Below, in pieces: positions 30,402 to 42,960 of a stretch of 64,000 bases of DNA. Position numbers and translations under genes: made by a program. The stretch spans positions 372,001-436,000 of the forward strand of contig BCKZ01000015.1 in assembly GCA_001600815.1 (NCBI GenBank), in the 5' to 3' direction. Under the pieces are notes generated by a model that was not told the DNA's origin, searched no databases, and was given only the letters and a program-made list of their open reading frames with translations. Source of the DNA: Alloascoidea hylecoeti (Eukaryota). Positions within the stretch are counted from its first letter, which is position 1, and every line of letters starts with the position of its first letter.

Positions 30402-32456
30402 TTATTGTTCAAACACTCGTAAAGGCTCTTCTTTTTTCAATCCATGTCGTTTATTCAGATGTCTGCTTAGTTTCCTAGTACTTCCTGTTTTATCTTTTAA
30501 CATCAAAGCTCCACAAATCTCAGGTCCTCCATTCTTCAACACTTTACAATACACTTTAGTATTATCCGTTGTTAAATCATCAAAATACCTCCAAACCCAT
30601 GAATATCGATTAGGATGTGACTGAGGAGCTGTATATACTTTAGAATTCACAATAGTTGGGACTTGTGCTGGTGATCTTTGTTGTTGTTGTGCTGGTGGTG
30701 GTGTAGCTAACGTTTGCGCTCTTGAAGTTGTTGGTGTTGGTAAAGGCACCGCTAATTGATTTGATGCTTGTAATTGTTGATGTTGTTGAGTCATTTGTGC
30801 ATGCTGTTGTTGTCTTAGAATATCTTGCTGCTGTTGTGGAGCAGGATCAAATCGATATGTACGAAACAAGTTAGCATCATCATTAGAAAGATGTTGTTGA
30901 CGAGGTTGAACATGTTGTTGTCGTTGTTGTTGTGATGGACTGCTATTATTACTTGGAGGATTATTCATACCAACAGTTGAAGAAGTATTTAATAATCTTG
31001 CAATATTTGGATTACTACCCTGTGATGAAAGAGATGGATAAGATATTGGAAAACCAGCTCCTAAAACATCAGCGCTTAAATTCTGTGCAAACATATTTGA
31101 AGAATCAATATGATCAGAATAAGAAATTTGATTTAATAAATCATTTGTAATAGCTGAGTTTGATCTTCCATGAAGATGAGTTGGAGTCAAATCTGATTGA
31201 TTTTGATTTTGATTTTGGTTTTGGTTCTGATTTTGGTTTTGATTTTGGTTTTGATTTTGGTTTTGATTTTGATTTTGATTTTGATTTGGGGGATGTGTTT
31301 GTGTTTGATTCTGGTTTTGACCATGAGATGGTGATTGTTGTTGAGATTGTTGAAGTAACGGAGTTGCTAAAATATGATCAGCTTGTTCAGAACCATAAAT
31401 CTTATGAACATTATTTAAATGTCTTATAAAATTTTTAGTAGATTTAGAATGATCGTAACTCATTGAACAACCACAAACTTCTTTATCATTAGAAGCAGAT
31501 GTAGCAATACATCTAACTCTATCTTCACTTGTTTTTTGAAAATAATTCCAAACCCATGATCTTTTTCTTGCCTTTTTAACAGAAGTTTTAGGATCTTTTT
31601 CTTTTCGTTTTCTCTTCCCATTTTCACTAAGATCAATACCAGTTTCATCAATAATATTAATACTATCATTGTTTACTTGATTAGAATTTACATTTCTACT
31701 TCCACTCCCACTTGCCGTATCATTTTGATTTTGATTTTGATTGTCAGGTAAAATTAAATCAGGATCTGAATCATTAATGTTTGTAGATGGAGGTTTCGAG
31801 TACCCGATGAACTTTCGGGTCTTGGGTCTGACACCAAAGTTGACCTCACTGTTCATGTACCGCGTCGGGACCGTCGCATCCCGCGCAAATGTTTTGCCGC
31901 ACGCCCGGCACCGGATAAGGCTGGGATCCCTTGCATACTCCTCAAACACCACCCAAATCCAACTCGAGTGCCCAACTTCGCTGGCTCGGAACCGGTGCAT
32001 GTGTTCTAAATGCCCACTCAGCTTCAGCAAGGCTCCTTCTCCAGTGGGTACATTGCCAAACTTTCGGTTGTCCGCCACAATGGCGTTGCAGATCACCTTG
32101 AACGGGTCATCAGGATCGGCAACAAAGTAGTTCCAAACCCAGGACCGACGAGGCCCAGTACCAGTACCAGTGCCACTTGGTGTATCGTTGATGTTGATTA
32201 CTCTGGTCGAGTCGTCTCTGTTCGAGTCCTCCTGTCCATCCTCCTGCTTCGGACCGGCTGGTTTGATGCCGTGTTTGGTGGCCAAATGACGGATGAGGTT
32301 CTTGGTAGAACGGGACTTATCCCGACGCAAGACCCGCCCACAAGGCCCTGCATGCCCATGGGTTGGTGGGTAGTCGGGCATGTGTAGCGAGTGCGGGTGC
32401 GGATGCGAGTGCGGGTGCATCAACTCCTGCGGGTCGGTCATGTTGAGGTTTTCCAT
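30402..32456 (-). CDS. Multi-BED zinc-finger protein (5 BED-like modules, Q/N-rich linkers), no transposase domain; possibly the last exon of the upstream SET gene
   Basis: Repeated S-W-[VI]-W-x-[YV]-F...C...C...ST(K/R)x(L/F)xRHL...H modules. Modules 4 and 5 are complete; modules 1-3 are partial. Basic NLS-like KRKRKEK; (QN)n tract. Confidence 0.85.
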   Translation of the reverse strand: MENLNMTDPQELMHPHSHPHPHSLHMPDYPPTHGHAGPCGRVLRRDKSRSTKNLIRHLATKHGIKPAGPKQEDGQEDSNRDDSTRVININDTPSGTGTGTGPRRSWVWNYFVADPDDPFKVICNAIVADNRKFGNVPTGEGALLKLSGHLEHMHRFRASEVGHSSWIWVVFEEYARDPSLIRCRACGKTFARDATVPTRYMNSEVNFGVRPKTRKFIGYSKPPSTNINDSDPDLILPDNQNQNQNDTASGSGSRNVNSNQVNNDSINIIDETGIDLSENGKRKRKEKDPKTSVKKARKRSWVWNYFQKTSEDRVRCIATSASNDKEVCGCSMSYDHSKSTKNFIRHLNNVHKIYGSEQADHILATPLLQQSQQQSPSHGQNQNQTQTHPPNQNQNQNQNQNQNQNQNQNQNQNQNQNQNQSDLTPTHLHGRSNSAITNDLLNQISYSDHIDSSNMFAQNLSADVLGAGFPISYPSLSSQGSNPNIARLLNTSSTVGMNNPPSNNSSPSQQQRQQHVQPRQQHLSNDDANLFRTYRFDPAPQQQQDILRQQQHAQMTQQHQQLQASNQLAVPLPTPTTSRAQTLATPPPAQQQQRSPAQVPTIVNSKVYTAPQSHPNRYSWVWRYFDDLTTDNTKVYCKVLKNGGPEICGALMLKDKTGSTRKLSRHLNKRHGLKKEEPLRVFEQ
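31195..31285. repeat. Hexamer microsatellite (TTTTGA/TTTTGG)n encoding a poly-(Gln-Asn) tract
   Basis: Read directly; encodes NQNQNQ... in the BED protein. Confidence 0.9.
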
Positions 32457-32561
32457 CTCTGTTTGAGTGCTCTTAAAAGGGGGGAAGGTGCAAGTTGAAA
32501 ACCCGCATTGTTGCTACTCCACAGTTACCCGGAGACGCACGGCGCCCATCGGGTATCTCCG

Positions 32562-35500
32562 TCAGGTGACACTGACTGTCCGGGGCCCTTTCTTAACCTC
32601 CTCACTGGAATCACTAAACTCTTCTTCTTCTTCTTCTTCATCCTCTTCATCTTGCTCGTCAATAGAATTAGAAGCAACCGATGAATATGGAGGTGGAGGT
32701 GACTGTGGCGTTCTATTAGGATCTTGAATCTTGATTTCCGTTTGAACAAATGTGCAAGTAGTACTAGTCGTCGTAGTAGTCCTTGATGCTGATGATCCTG
32801 CCATCGGCAATTTTCCACTCTGATTTTGTTGTTGACTATTCGTCTTGGCTTTCTCAGCTTGTCTTTCGGCTTCCATACTTGCATTAATTTCAGCTGCAAC
32901 ATTTTGTAATTGTGGTAAAGTTGGTAGCTTTTGAACACCAGAACTCAAACTTAAACTTGTTAATTGTTCATTCATATTATCATTATCATGATCATCATCG
33001 TTAACATCATTCTGATTATTAGAATCTTCTGCTTGTTCTTCATGGTCAGAACTTTTATCAGTGCGTCTTTTCTTAGAACTTCTTTTCCCCTTATCCTTTT
33101 CCTTAATTCTATTTCTTCTTCGTTTTCTTCTTTTATCCTTTTCTTTTTCCTTTTCTCTTTTATTCTTATTGACACTAGCTTCTTTCAACCTCATAACTGT
33201 TTTACTAGTTCTTTGTGCTTCGGCTGCTGGATCAATAATATTACTCGTTTGTAATGGCATATATAAAAATTGCGCTTGAATTTGATATTCATGATGATGA
33301 TGTGTATGGCTATGATCATCGTGTGAATGTAACGCTATATCATGATTTGTTCTTGAATGAGAATTAACTATATTTGAATCATGACTAAATGAACGAGAAT
33401 CTTGAACTGGTTGTGGTAATTGATATTGTTGTTCTAATTGATAATGTATACGTGTTTTATTTTTATTACAAATTGATGTTTTTCTTGAATCAATTGTATT
33501 TGGTCTTGTAATACATGTTCTAGGTGCAATAGTAACATTACGTCTAGTCATATTATTACTTTGATTTGGGGTCAATTTTGGTTGAATATTAACTGGACGA
33601 TTTAATTGCATCGGTTTAGTCACACTACAATTGGAACATAAAATGGCGTTCTGTTGCTCCTGTTGTTCCCGTTGAAGTTGCTCCTGCTGCTGTTGTTGCT
33701 GTTGTTGCTGGTGTTGCCGCTCCTCTTCTTGTCGTCTTTGCAATTTTCTCTGTTCTTCTTGTTTCTCTTCCAATTCCATCATTTTTTTCCTTTTTTCTTT
33801 ATACTCTTGAATCTTTAATAATTGAATTCTGACATGTTCAGGGACATCTGGTGGTATATGGTCAACAACTTCGGATCCTTGAATATTAGTTCTTGGTCGA
33901 AGAGGTGGAGATCTAGGTTTTCTCTCATTAGGTAATATCGGTGTCTTATTAACTAAACTTGATGATGGTTTATTGATTATAATTGGAGATGATGTTTTAT
34001 TCATTGGAATTTTTCTATTCATATCTTGAACAGGATCAAATTTGGTGCTTCTATAGCTACATAATTGTGATTGTAATTCAGTATTTGCTTCTGATGTTAG
34101 CACTTGAGGTGGTGGAGAGTGGGATGTTATAGCGATTGACGCAGGAGGTTGTGAATATTGTATTTGTAGTTGTGGTTGTATACTCAACTGAGGTTGTGAT
34201 GGTTGCCAACCCGATCGTAATTGTTGTTCCACTGGTAGTTGTGATTGCATATGAGGAGGCATGCATTGTGAAGCATTTTGAGAACTCATGGATCCTGAAC
34301 CTCCCAATATATTACTACTATTCGGTATAGTATTTTGAAAAATATATTGTTGCTGCTCCTGTGTTGATGATGATGGCACAACTATATTTTGTTGTTGCGG
34401 TGTTTGCGGTTGTTGCTGTTGATGATGCGAAAATGCAGGAATAGGTCTATATTCTTCTCCAATCCTAGTATCAAATGCAACACCCGAACCCGGTATTGAA
34501 ATGGGAGCACTACCAGCAGGTTTTGCTGTAGCTGATGCATTTTCATTAACGGTCCTTGGTGACGCAGATGATGAATTGGATAATTTTTTTTCACCTTTTA
34601 ATTGTGTAACTGTAACTGGGACATAATGAGTTGGTTGAGTTTTTTGATAAGAAAATAAAACATTTCTTTTTTGTTTACTTCTTGCGGGAATAACATTATG
34701 ATGTTCAACAGGGATTTGTGGTCTCAATGGCATCATATTATTGGGTGATATTGTACCTGGGATAAATGAAACAATTCCTGATGTTGTACACGAAACTGAT
34801 TGTCCACTAACTGTTGACATTATTTTTGGTTCTTCAACAGGTGCTAAGGTTAAAGTTGTTGTTGGAGGTTGTAAGGATAATGGAATAATTGATTCATTAA
34901 CGGTTGCCGAAGATACTAAAGGGTCAGATTTTGACTGATACGATTCCGGAAAAACATCAGTCGATACCTCATAAACAACTTCTGTTGCTTTTGATCTTGA
35001 CCTTCTTTTTCTTGCTTCATTACTACTACTCATACCAGTTCTTCCTGCCAATATAGACGGTAGAACCGGCTGTTGTGGTTGTGAAGGATCAACTCCAATA
35101 ATATCTGCTCTAACTTGACTTGTTTCAGGCTGTGTACGAACACTAGTTTGTTTTTGTATATGACTACTTGCACTAGCAAGAGATTGAATAGCCGAAGGTG
35201 ATAAAGAATAACCGACATTAAAACTTGCTGATTGTTCCCTGGTTAATACCTGATCTTGATAATACATATGCCCATAATCTTTTTCCCTAATTTCTTCAAG
35301 TGTGGATAAAGGTCCTGGAGAATATCCAAACTTTGAACTTGATGAAGGTTTGGGTAAAACAAGAACGGGTTGTGGTGCTGTTGGAATTTCCTTTCTGTAA
35401 TCAGCTATTGATGGTTGATTCTCGCTTTCATGATTTTGATTATTCGTTGGTAATATAATTGGGGTTGATTCTTTTGATTCATAATTAAGTAATTGGGAAA

Positions 35501-36142
35501 TGGGCATAAGATTTGGTTGTGACTTTGATCTTGCATTCGAAGGTTTAGTCGGTAATGAAGGTGAAACCATATTGTGTGAAAATGCTCCTATCTCAAATGG
35601 GTGATTTTCCTCTTCTGTACTCTGAATTTTTGGAATTGGATCTTGTGTTTTTTCAGGTCTGTTCTCTTGAATAATCTTTGAGGTACCTTCAACCTGTAAT
35701 TTCTTGTTTTCAATATTCTCCTCTAACTCATTTTCTGTTTCTTTTTGTACTTCTGCTTGGATGATTTTTATAGGATATGATTCTCTGTGATCACTCATTG
35801 AAATGTCGAAATTAGAATCATCATAATCATCATCAACAACATCATCATAAAATACAACATCTATTCCCAAATTCTCTTCAATCTCAACATTTGTTTCATT
35901 ATCTTCTTCATTTGAACCATCGTCAATCACATTGTTAACACCAACTTGCTTGATTATTTGTAAATTGTTATTTTGTTCATCAGAACTGATAGCTTCATCA
36001 ACTCGAATAATTTTCCCATTATTATCCTCATTGGTACTTGTGGTTGTGGGTGTCGTATCATTTATAACTATATCATTACCATCATCATCAAAATCATTAT
36101 CAACTCCATCTAACAAATCATCAAAATTATGGATTATATCAC

Positions 36143-36195
<53 letters not shown>

Positions 36196-39100
36196 GGTAA
36201 ATTTAAGTCACTGATATTTGATGGATCAATTTCGACCAACTGAATCGATAAATCGGAAATTGAATCTGAATCAATGGTATCATCTTCTTCATCAAATCCA
36301 TCGTCACTATAAAAATCTATTGCACCATCATCCATATTTATGTTTGATTTATTATCAATTGATGTTAATGTTTCAATTGAATCCGGTGTAACTAAAGTCT
36401 TTTCACGTTGATATCCATGATCATTGTGATTTTCTCCTTCATTGATTGTAGCTTTTGGTACATATTTCGATAGCAGGGTATTGGCATCTTTCTCGAATTT
36501 AGATATCTTTCTTGATGAGGGAATTTCATCATTATCACTCAATTTATTATTACTATTTTCGTTCTTTTCTCCATTTGATTTATCACTATTTATCATTGGA
36601 GAAGTTGAATTAGAAGAAGTTATGATCACTTTTGTTGATGGTATATCATGATCATCAAGATCTTCTACCATGTTAGCTATTATTTCAGTACTGTCCATTC
36701 TATTAGGCTCAGCTACTTGTGATAATAACTCTTTGATTTTATTTTTTTTTCCAACTTCTTTTTCATTTTCAAATTCAATATCATAATCATAGTCATTAGA
36801 TATAATATTCTCTGGGATCGTTTGTGATTTAATAAATTTTTCTACGCTATATGAAAATGAAACAATAAGAGATTTATGATTATTGTTATTCTTATTTGAA
36901 ATTAATTTTGGATTTGACAAATCATTTGAAGTTTTTGAAGCACCGTTAACATTTTCTAATTCTTGAACAACCTCAGCATCTGCCTGTTTTGCTTTATTTG
37001 ATCTACTTGTTGATCTTTTATTATTTGTTGGTTCGGAATACATATCAATTTCCAATTTTCGTAATGCGGGTGGTAATAACTTCTTTAATTCATCAGCTTC
37101 TTTAATATCATTACCATGATTTGATATTAAAAAGCTTTCTTTTGATATTGATTGTTGCCGATATGAATCATGAGCATCTATTAGTAGAGAACTTGAATGG
37201 GAACATTTATTATTCATTGTTGTTGTGGCTTGTGTTGGTAAAATAGGTAACGTTCTACGACGTTCTTTTAAAGCAGCCTTTTGAGCTCTTGCTTTTGCCA
37301 AATTTGCCAATATATGTTGTTTTGTAAGCGCCTTAGATTTCTTTAGTGGCCTATAATCCATAATTGTGTGCCTCCTCCTTTTATACGATTCGTGATCTGT
37401 TAAAGTACTGAAGTTACTTCGGTGATTATTTTGAGATAAATGAACACGACTTTGGCTATAGGTATTATGATGGGTAATATTAAAGGTATTGCGTGAATGA
37501 CTATTAGAAGAGTGAGAATTATGTTTACTGTCAATTTCTTTTGTAACTAATATTTGATTATCATTTTTTGTATGACTATTGTTATGACTATTATGATTGT
37601 GTTTTAAATCAGCAGAATTTTCTTTCGAAGATTTTTTACCAATAAATCCTCTGCAATTAAATGATCCACATAAACAAGCCTGTGGCTCTGCTCCTTCAAA
37701 CCAATCAAAATTGTAATCATATGTTATTTCAGTACCTTCTTTAATACCTTTCGGACCAGCGAATAACCCAATTCTTGGCTCACCATTGACGTACCATTTT
37801 TGCATTTCTGCATTTGGATTACATGAATGATTAACGAATCTTGCGACTGAGCCTCTTGTTCCACTATCAATGACACAATTCTTTTCAAGACTTAGCATAT
37901 AAAAGTTCTAATAATATTAATTGCAATTAGATTTAAATATAATTTATGATTTTTTCGTAATATTATCTTACCTTAGCACCTTGATATTTGTTTTGTACCC
38001 TTGATTCCATTTCATCTCGAGTGATTACATCTCCAGTATACTCAACGATTATTTGAGCAGGATCATAGGATCGAATTGCTCTTAAACCGTAACCCCGATT
38101 TCCAGTCTATAATCTGTGTTAGCTAATCAAAATGTCAAAAATTTAAAAAAGACATACATCAAATACTTCAAATCCATTAGCATATCGTTTCCTGGCAGCT
38201 AATTCCTTCTGTAATGTTTCAAAAGGCCTATTACCACAATTCTTTTTGCCCAATGGACAAGTCAATTCATCGCATTCATATTGCATCATTCTACAAAATG
38301 AAATGTTAACAGTTATAAGAATATTATAATTATTATAGAATGAAGATTAATAAATCATTCATATTGTTAACGTACCTATTAAGACAGTCTTCTCCACATT
38401 CATCTTTACAATTGCATGAAGGAAGTTCTTTTATTTTTGCAAAATGAGCTGTTTGATAAATATCTAATAGAAAGAAAATAGTGTTAAGGGTTTATGTTAG
38501 GTAAGGATATTAATCAGTTAGCACAATATTGGGATCTTAAAGATTGGGAAAAAGAAAGGAAATCTGTTCATGCTTAAGAAGAAATTATATTCAACTTGTA
38601 ACTTACTTTTTTTTAATGATCTCCATTTTAAAATCTTTCTTTCTCCATTACTCGGACAATAGATATTCCATGGCAATTGAAAATCCTTTTTATCTTTCAA
38701 GGAAGATTGATCATGTGGTAAAGAAAATTTAAATTTTTCAGGAATTTGTTTCTTAAGTCCACCACTATAAAGGCCAGCCATAAGGAATAATTTACGCCTT
38801 TTTGGTTGATAATTATGATTTCGACCTTGATAATTTTGACTTTGACTTTGACTTTGACTTTCATTAGTAGTGATGCTATATACATTTTTAGGTATAGGGT
38901 TTTTTTGAATTTGGTTTGGATTTGAGTTTATTGAACCTAACGTTAGACCTCTTTTCTTATAGTACTGTGACCAATCAAATACTTGAGATACCGATTCCAC
39001 AGCATCCTGAATGTATTTTTCGCCTCCTTTATCAGGAATGGCAGAGTTATGAAAAAAATCATGAAGAGTGCTTGCACAGTGACGGGTTGTGTATTTTCTT

Positions 39101-39198
39101 AAGGCCCAAGGTTTACCAATCGGCTCAGGGACAGGAGTTGAGCCAGGTAAATTCCAGTCAGGGCTCTTTTCTGCGACAAACTTTTTATGGGAACCCAT
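32562..39198 (-). CDS. ASH1L-type histone H3K36 methyltransferase (AWS-SET-postSET) with a very long low-complexity C-terminal tail; 5 exons, ~2,097 aa
   Basis: Exons 39198-38607, 38463-38376, 38290-38158, 38106-37972, 37907-32562, joined in frame by GT..AG introns. Motifs: AGLYSG..F.LP..DFQLPWNIYCP..W....N (fungal ASH1-like pre-AWS), C.C...CGEDCLNR..YEC...CGN, RGYGLRA, EYTGDVI, ARFVNHSCNPN, EITYDYNF, CLCGSFNCRG. Further upstream exons cannot be excluded. Confidence 0.88.
36143..36195. repeat. (TTA)n microsatellite encoding poly-Asn in the SET protein tail
   Basis: Read directly. Confidence 0.95.
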
Positions 39199-42100
39199 TG
39201 TCTTGACCGTGAAAAAACGTTTGTAGGAAAGAAGTGGCAAAGGTGAAGGTCTATCAGTGTATCAAGCAGAAAAGGGAAGTGAAGAAGAAAAAGGTGTTGA
39301 ATGGTTTTGTGATTGCAATTAATTAATACTGCAATTGAGACCAAAATAAAATGCTTGATTAAAATTCCTAGAAGTATGCATGATTTATGCACAATGTTCT
39401 GCTTGCATATCCTCCTGCAAGATGTAACTAATTGCTCAATTAAATTTGATGCATGCACACACTGCATACATGTGTCCACAACTAAATGAAGTACCAGGAA
39501 TTCACTAGCTGCTTTCCGATTGGTTCCTTCTCAGATCCCAATTATAATATCTTCATCATATATACCAAATTTTTATAATATTATTATCCTTATGTTTAAT
39601 ATTTCTGGGTTTAGTTATGCCGATCCTCTAATTATAATCTCTGATAATCAATTGCAATATAATAATACCTTCCGTCTCATTTGCGAACCCAATATTACCC
39701 CAAATGATCATAAGGAAATTAGCAAACGGTATAAAAATTTATTCACGATCACTGAAAAATATTACAGCTAGTTTCTTCGAACGCTATTTTGACTTCTATT
39801 ATTTTTCTACAATTATACAAATCTCAACTTCCTATACCCAACTAGCTAAGAACCTGCCAGTAATGATGGGTTGATCCGTTGAAATTGTAACTTATTCACA
39901 GAAATACATATGGACACAGCAGTATGGCTATAGTTAAGATAATAACCACTACCACATGCATGAAACAACGCAAACAATCAGCGTTTGTTATCTGTTGTAT
40001 GAGAACTCCTAACCAATATCAGGGTTAGGAAATAATTATTCAACTACAAATTTGTTATAATTAGATGATTGTTTTGTACAATGATTTCTGATATTCCCAG
40101 TCTTTTATATCTCTCATTAATATTGTACAGTTCTCAATTGCAATATCTTATATATCTCCCAAAAGAAAGATCTGCAGATATAGTAGAGTAATTGAGTGAC
40201 ATAAGGTCTTGTTAAACTCTCTGTTGAACGTTTATGATAATATGACAGTAATGTTATAGACTAGTTTTGGAGATATTCAGAAGGTGAGGCCTACTCCGTG
40301 GCCATCTTACTCGCCAACATTATTACATAATATCAACAGAAAATATGATAGCTTTATTATTGAAGTATGAAGATCTTTTCTTTTAAGTTTTAATATATTC
40401 TAGATCAATTCCAGAAGCGTAAAAAAGGCTGATGAATGACCCAAAATAGAAGATTTGCACTATTCCCAATGCATCTTCATGTGAACTGTACATCTGCATG
40501 TTTTGGAGTTTCATTTCAGCTGGCATGTCAATGATAACAGCTACTACCAGTATACCAATAAATCAACCTCATGTCATACCATTAAAGGTACTAAACCTCT
40601 TCAATAATAGTAGGAATGTGTATTAAACCTCGGCAACTAAACAGGTAGTACTGCCAGTATATATGAGCTAGCTATAGTATAAATCCAAGTCTAAAACTAT
40701 TTGTTTAGTTGGTAATTAAGCCTGCTATGTATTCAAAGGAATATACTTCCTGATCGCACTTTTTCCCATTAAGAAGTACCGAATTATTTTTATTTTTATT
40801 TTTATTTTTTGTGTGTCAGATTTTACTATTCTAGGGAGAAGAAGAATAACTAATTATGAGGTTTATAAAACTTGAAGATGGTTTCATTTATGTGATGAAC
40901 CACGTGTATTCAATTATAGGGGCTGTTCTTGTGAAGAGTCGGTGCTCATATGTTGAGCGGGACAATTTCTAAGAACTGTACTGATCAAGCTGTGTTGGTA
41001 AATGGCAGTTGCGACAATGAAGTCTCCGCAATATTCACTATCTTGCGTTGTTGGTGTAGTTCAGGGGAGTTAAGTAGAACATGCTGGATATTTTGGATTG
41101 CTCCATAATTGCATCATGTGGATTCTTCTCCAAAGTATCTCTTGTTATGGCATTTCCAATTCGACACCGGAGCCTCTTCAGTGTTTCATACAAATATCAC
41201 CACTGAAATTCCATGGACAGGTATCACCTGATCAGTATCATTTTGTCTGTTTACCGTCGCCCTCAATCACAAATTAATTTTAGATAGTCTTAAAATGTCA
41301 TGACTCGATCTAATCACTGAAACTATAGTCTATAGATTATAGTAATTTCATTTTTTTGAGCCGTTTCAGCTCCAATTATAGATTTATTCAATATGGTACT
41401 GTTCATGAGCGTTGAGACAATGTCACATGCAGTATATTATCATATTATATACAGAAATTGCAACAATTCATTAGATTTGAATAGTTCAAATCTACAGTAC
41501 TATTATTATCTGCTAAATCACCATAAATTTATATTTTACTTCATAGATTTAGTTAATTATATATTATCGAGTACTAATACTGATGTTATAATTAATATAT
41601 AGATATCGATTATTGTTTTATATACCTAGGCTTAATACACGAATACAATTTTAAGCTGGCCAAAATATAGCTAAATAGTTTTTCTTGTATATATACCTAT
41701 ATATTGATAGTAGACATTATTAATCTTATAGCTATTTATTATGCTAAACTTGACTATGCTGGTGCAGACAAAAAAATAGATTTTAATGGGAAACATATAC
41801 TGGCACCATAATAGGTGATATAAACTTAACCCGTATACATATATTCAGTTTTAAAAACAAGTATAATAATAACAGTATATGATCGACTATAAGTTAGTAC
41901 AATACTACATATATATAGTATTTATATATCTAACACTATATAAGCCCTGTATATCTTGTTGAGCTTTTTTTATGTGATCGGACTAATTAATTTACAGATG
42001 TGAAAAAAATTTAAGGGATTATATATATCTTCAGATGACAAATTTGAATATTTAATAATGTATAACTAGCGAGCGCTGGCTGTAGTAATAAAATTGAACC

Positions 42101-42382
42101 ATAATTAAAATAATAAATGATAGCTATATCACTTTAACCTATTAAAAAATCACAAACTATAAGGTCATGAACAGCTTTTCCACAACCAATTAAATACACT
42201 ATGCAATTACTCAGGTTACTTTACTTATAAATTTTAATATTATGTAGCTAGTTTTTACCTTACATTTACTATATATTGCTATTACTAGCTATGTTTTGTT
42301 TTTCTTATTATAATTATAAATTAGTCATATGAATTTTGTATTATAGTTATGTGAAGCAGACTATGGATGATATATCGATTCT

Positions 42383-42960
42383 CTAAATTATAATAGAGTA
42401 CATTCCTTCAACTTTGATGTTGCAATTGTAGTTTTCTTTTATCGTTTCATTCATAGCAATCTCTAAGTTATCATCCAATCGTTCTAGCTCGATGTTTTTG
42501 TTGGGATCAAAGGGCCCATCGATATAAACAATCTGATTTTCTTTTATATCAACTTTTGGTATAATTGCAAGAATCAAGATTATTTTCACCATCCAGTATC
42601 TTCAAATATATCAAATTCATTTTCCGTATGACATCTAAACAATCATCATGAATAGTTTATAGCACCTTGGGTTTATAAACTAAAACCTAAGTATGTTTCC
42701 ACCTTTTCTCTGCTTACCAACTTTTCTTTCCCACTGGGAATTCTATTAACTTTAGAAGGAATAATAGTTGTCTTGTTATAAATATTCCGCAATCTAATTT
42801 CTCATAGGTATATTTCGAACTGTAATTCAATATTGTGACATGTTTCAATACTGATTTTTAATACACTTCCTTCTAGGATCGATCTCACTAAATCCATCAC
42901 GGTACAATTCTCTTTTTCCACGATACCATTGGACATATAAGTATCTGTTGCATTAAAAAA
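42383..42960 (-). mobile_element. Decayed Ty1/copia-type retrotransposon integrase fragment
   Basis: SNGIVEKENCTVMDLVRSILEGS (cf. copia NG.AER.NRT.....RS.L) at ~42865-42933, followed by KEKLVSREKVETYLGFS (cf. KL..R.....FLGYS). Interrupted by stops and frameshifts. Confidence 0.7.

Noticed and set aside
12402..36651. Many 60-140-aa antisense or alternate-frame ORFs inside ERG12, FSF1, GEF1, the BED gene and the SET gene
   Set aside because: Shadow ORFs of real genes, favoured by low-complexity repeats.
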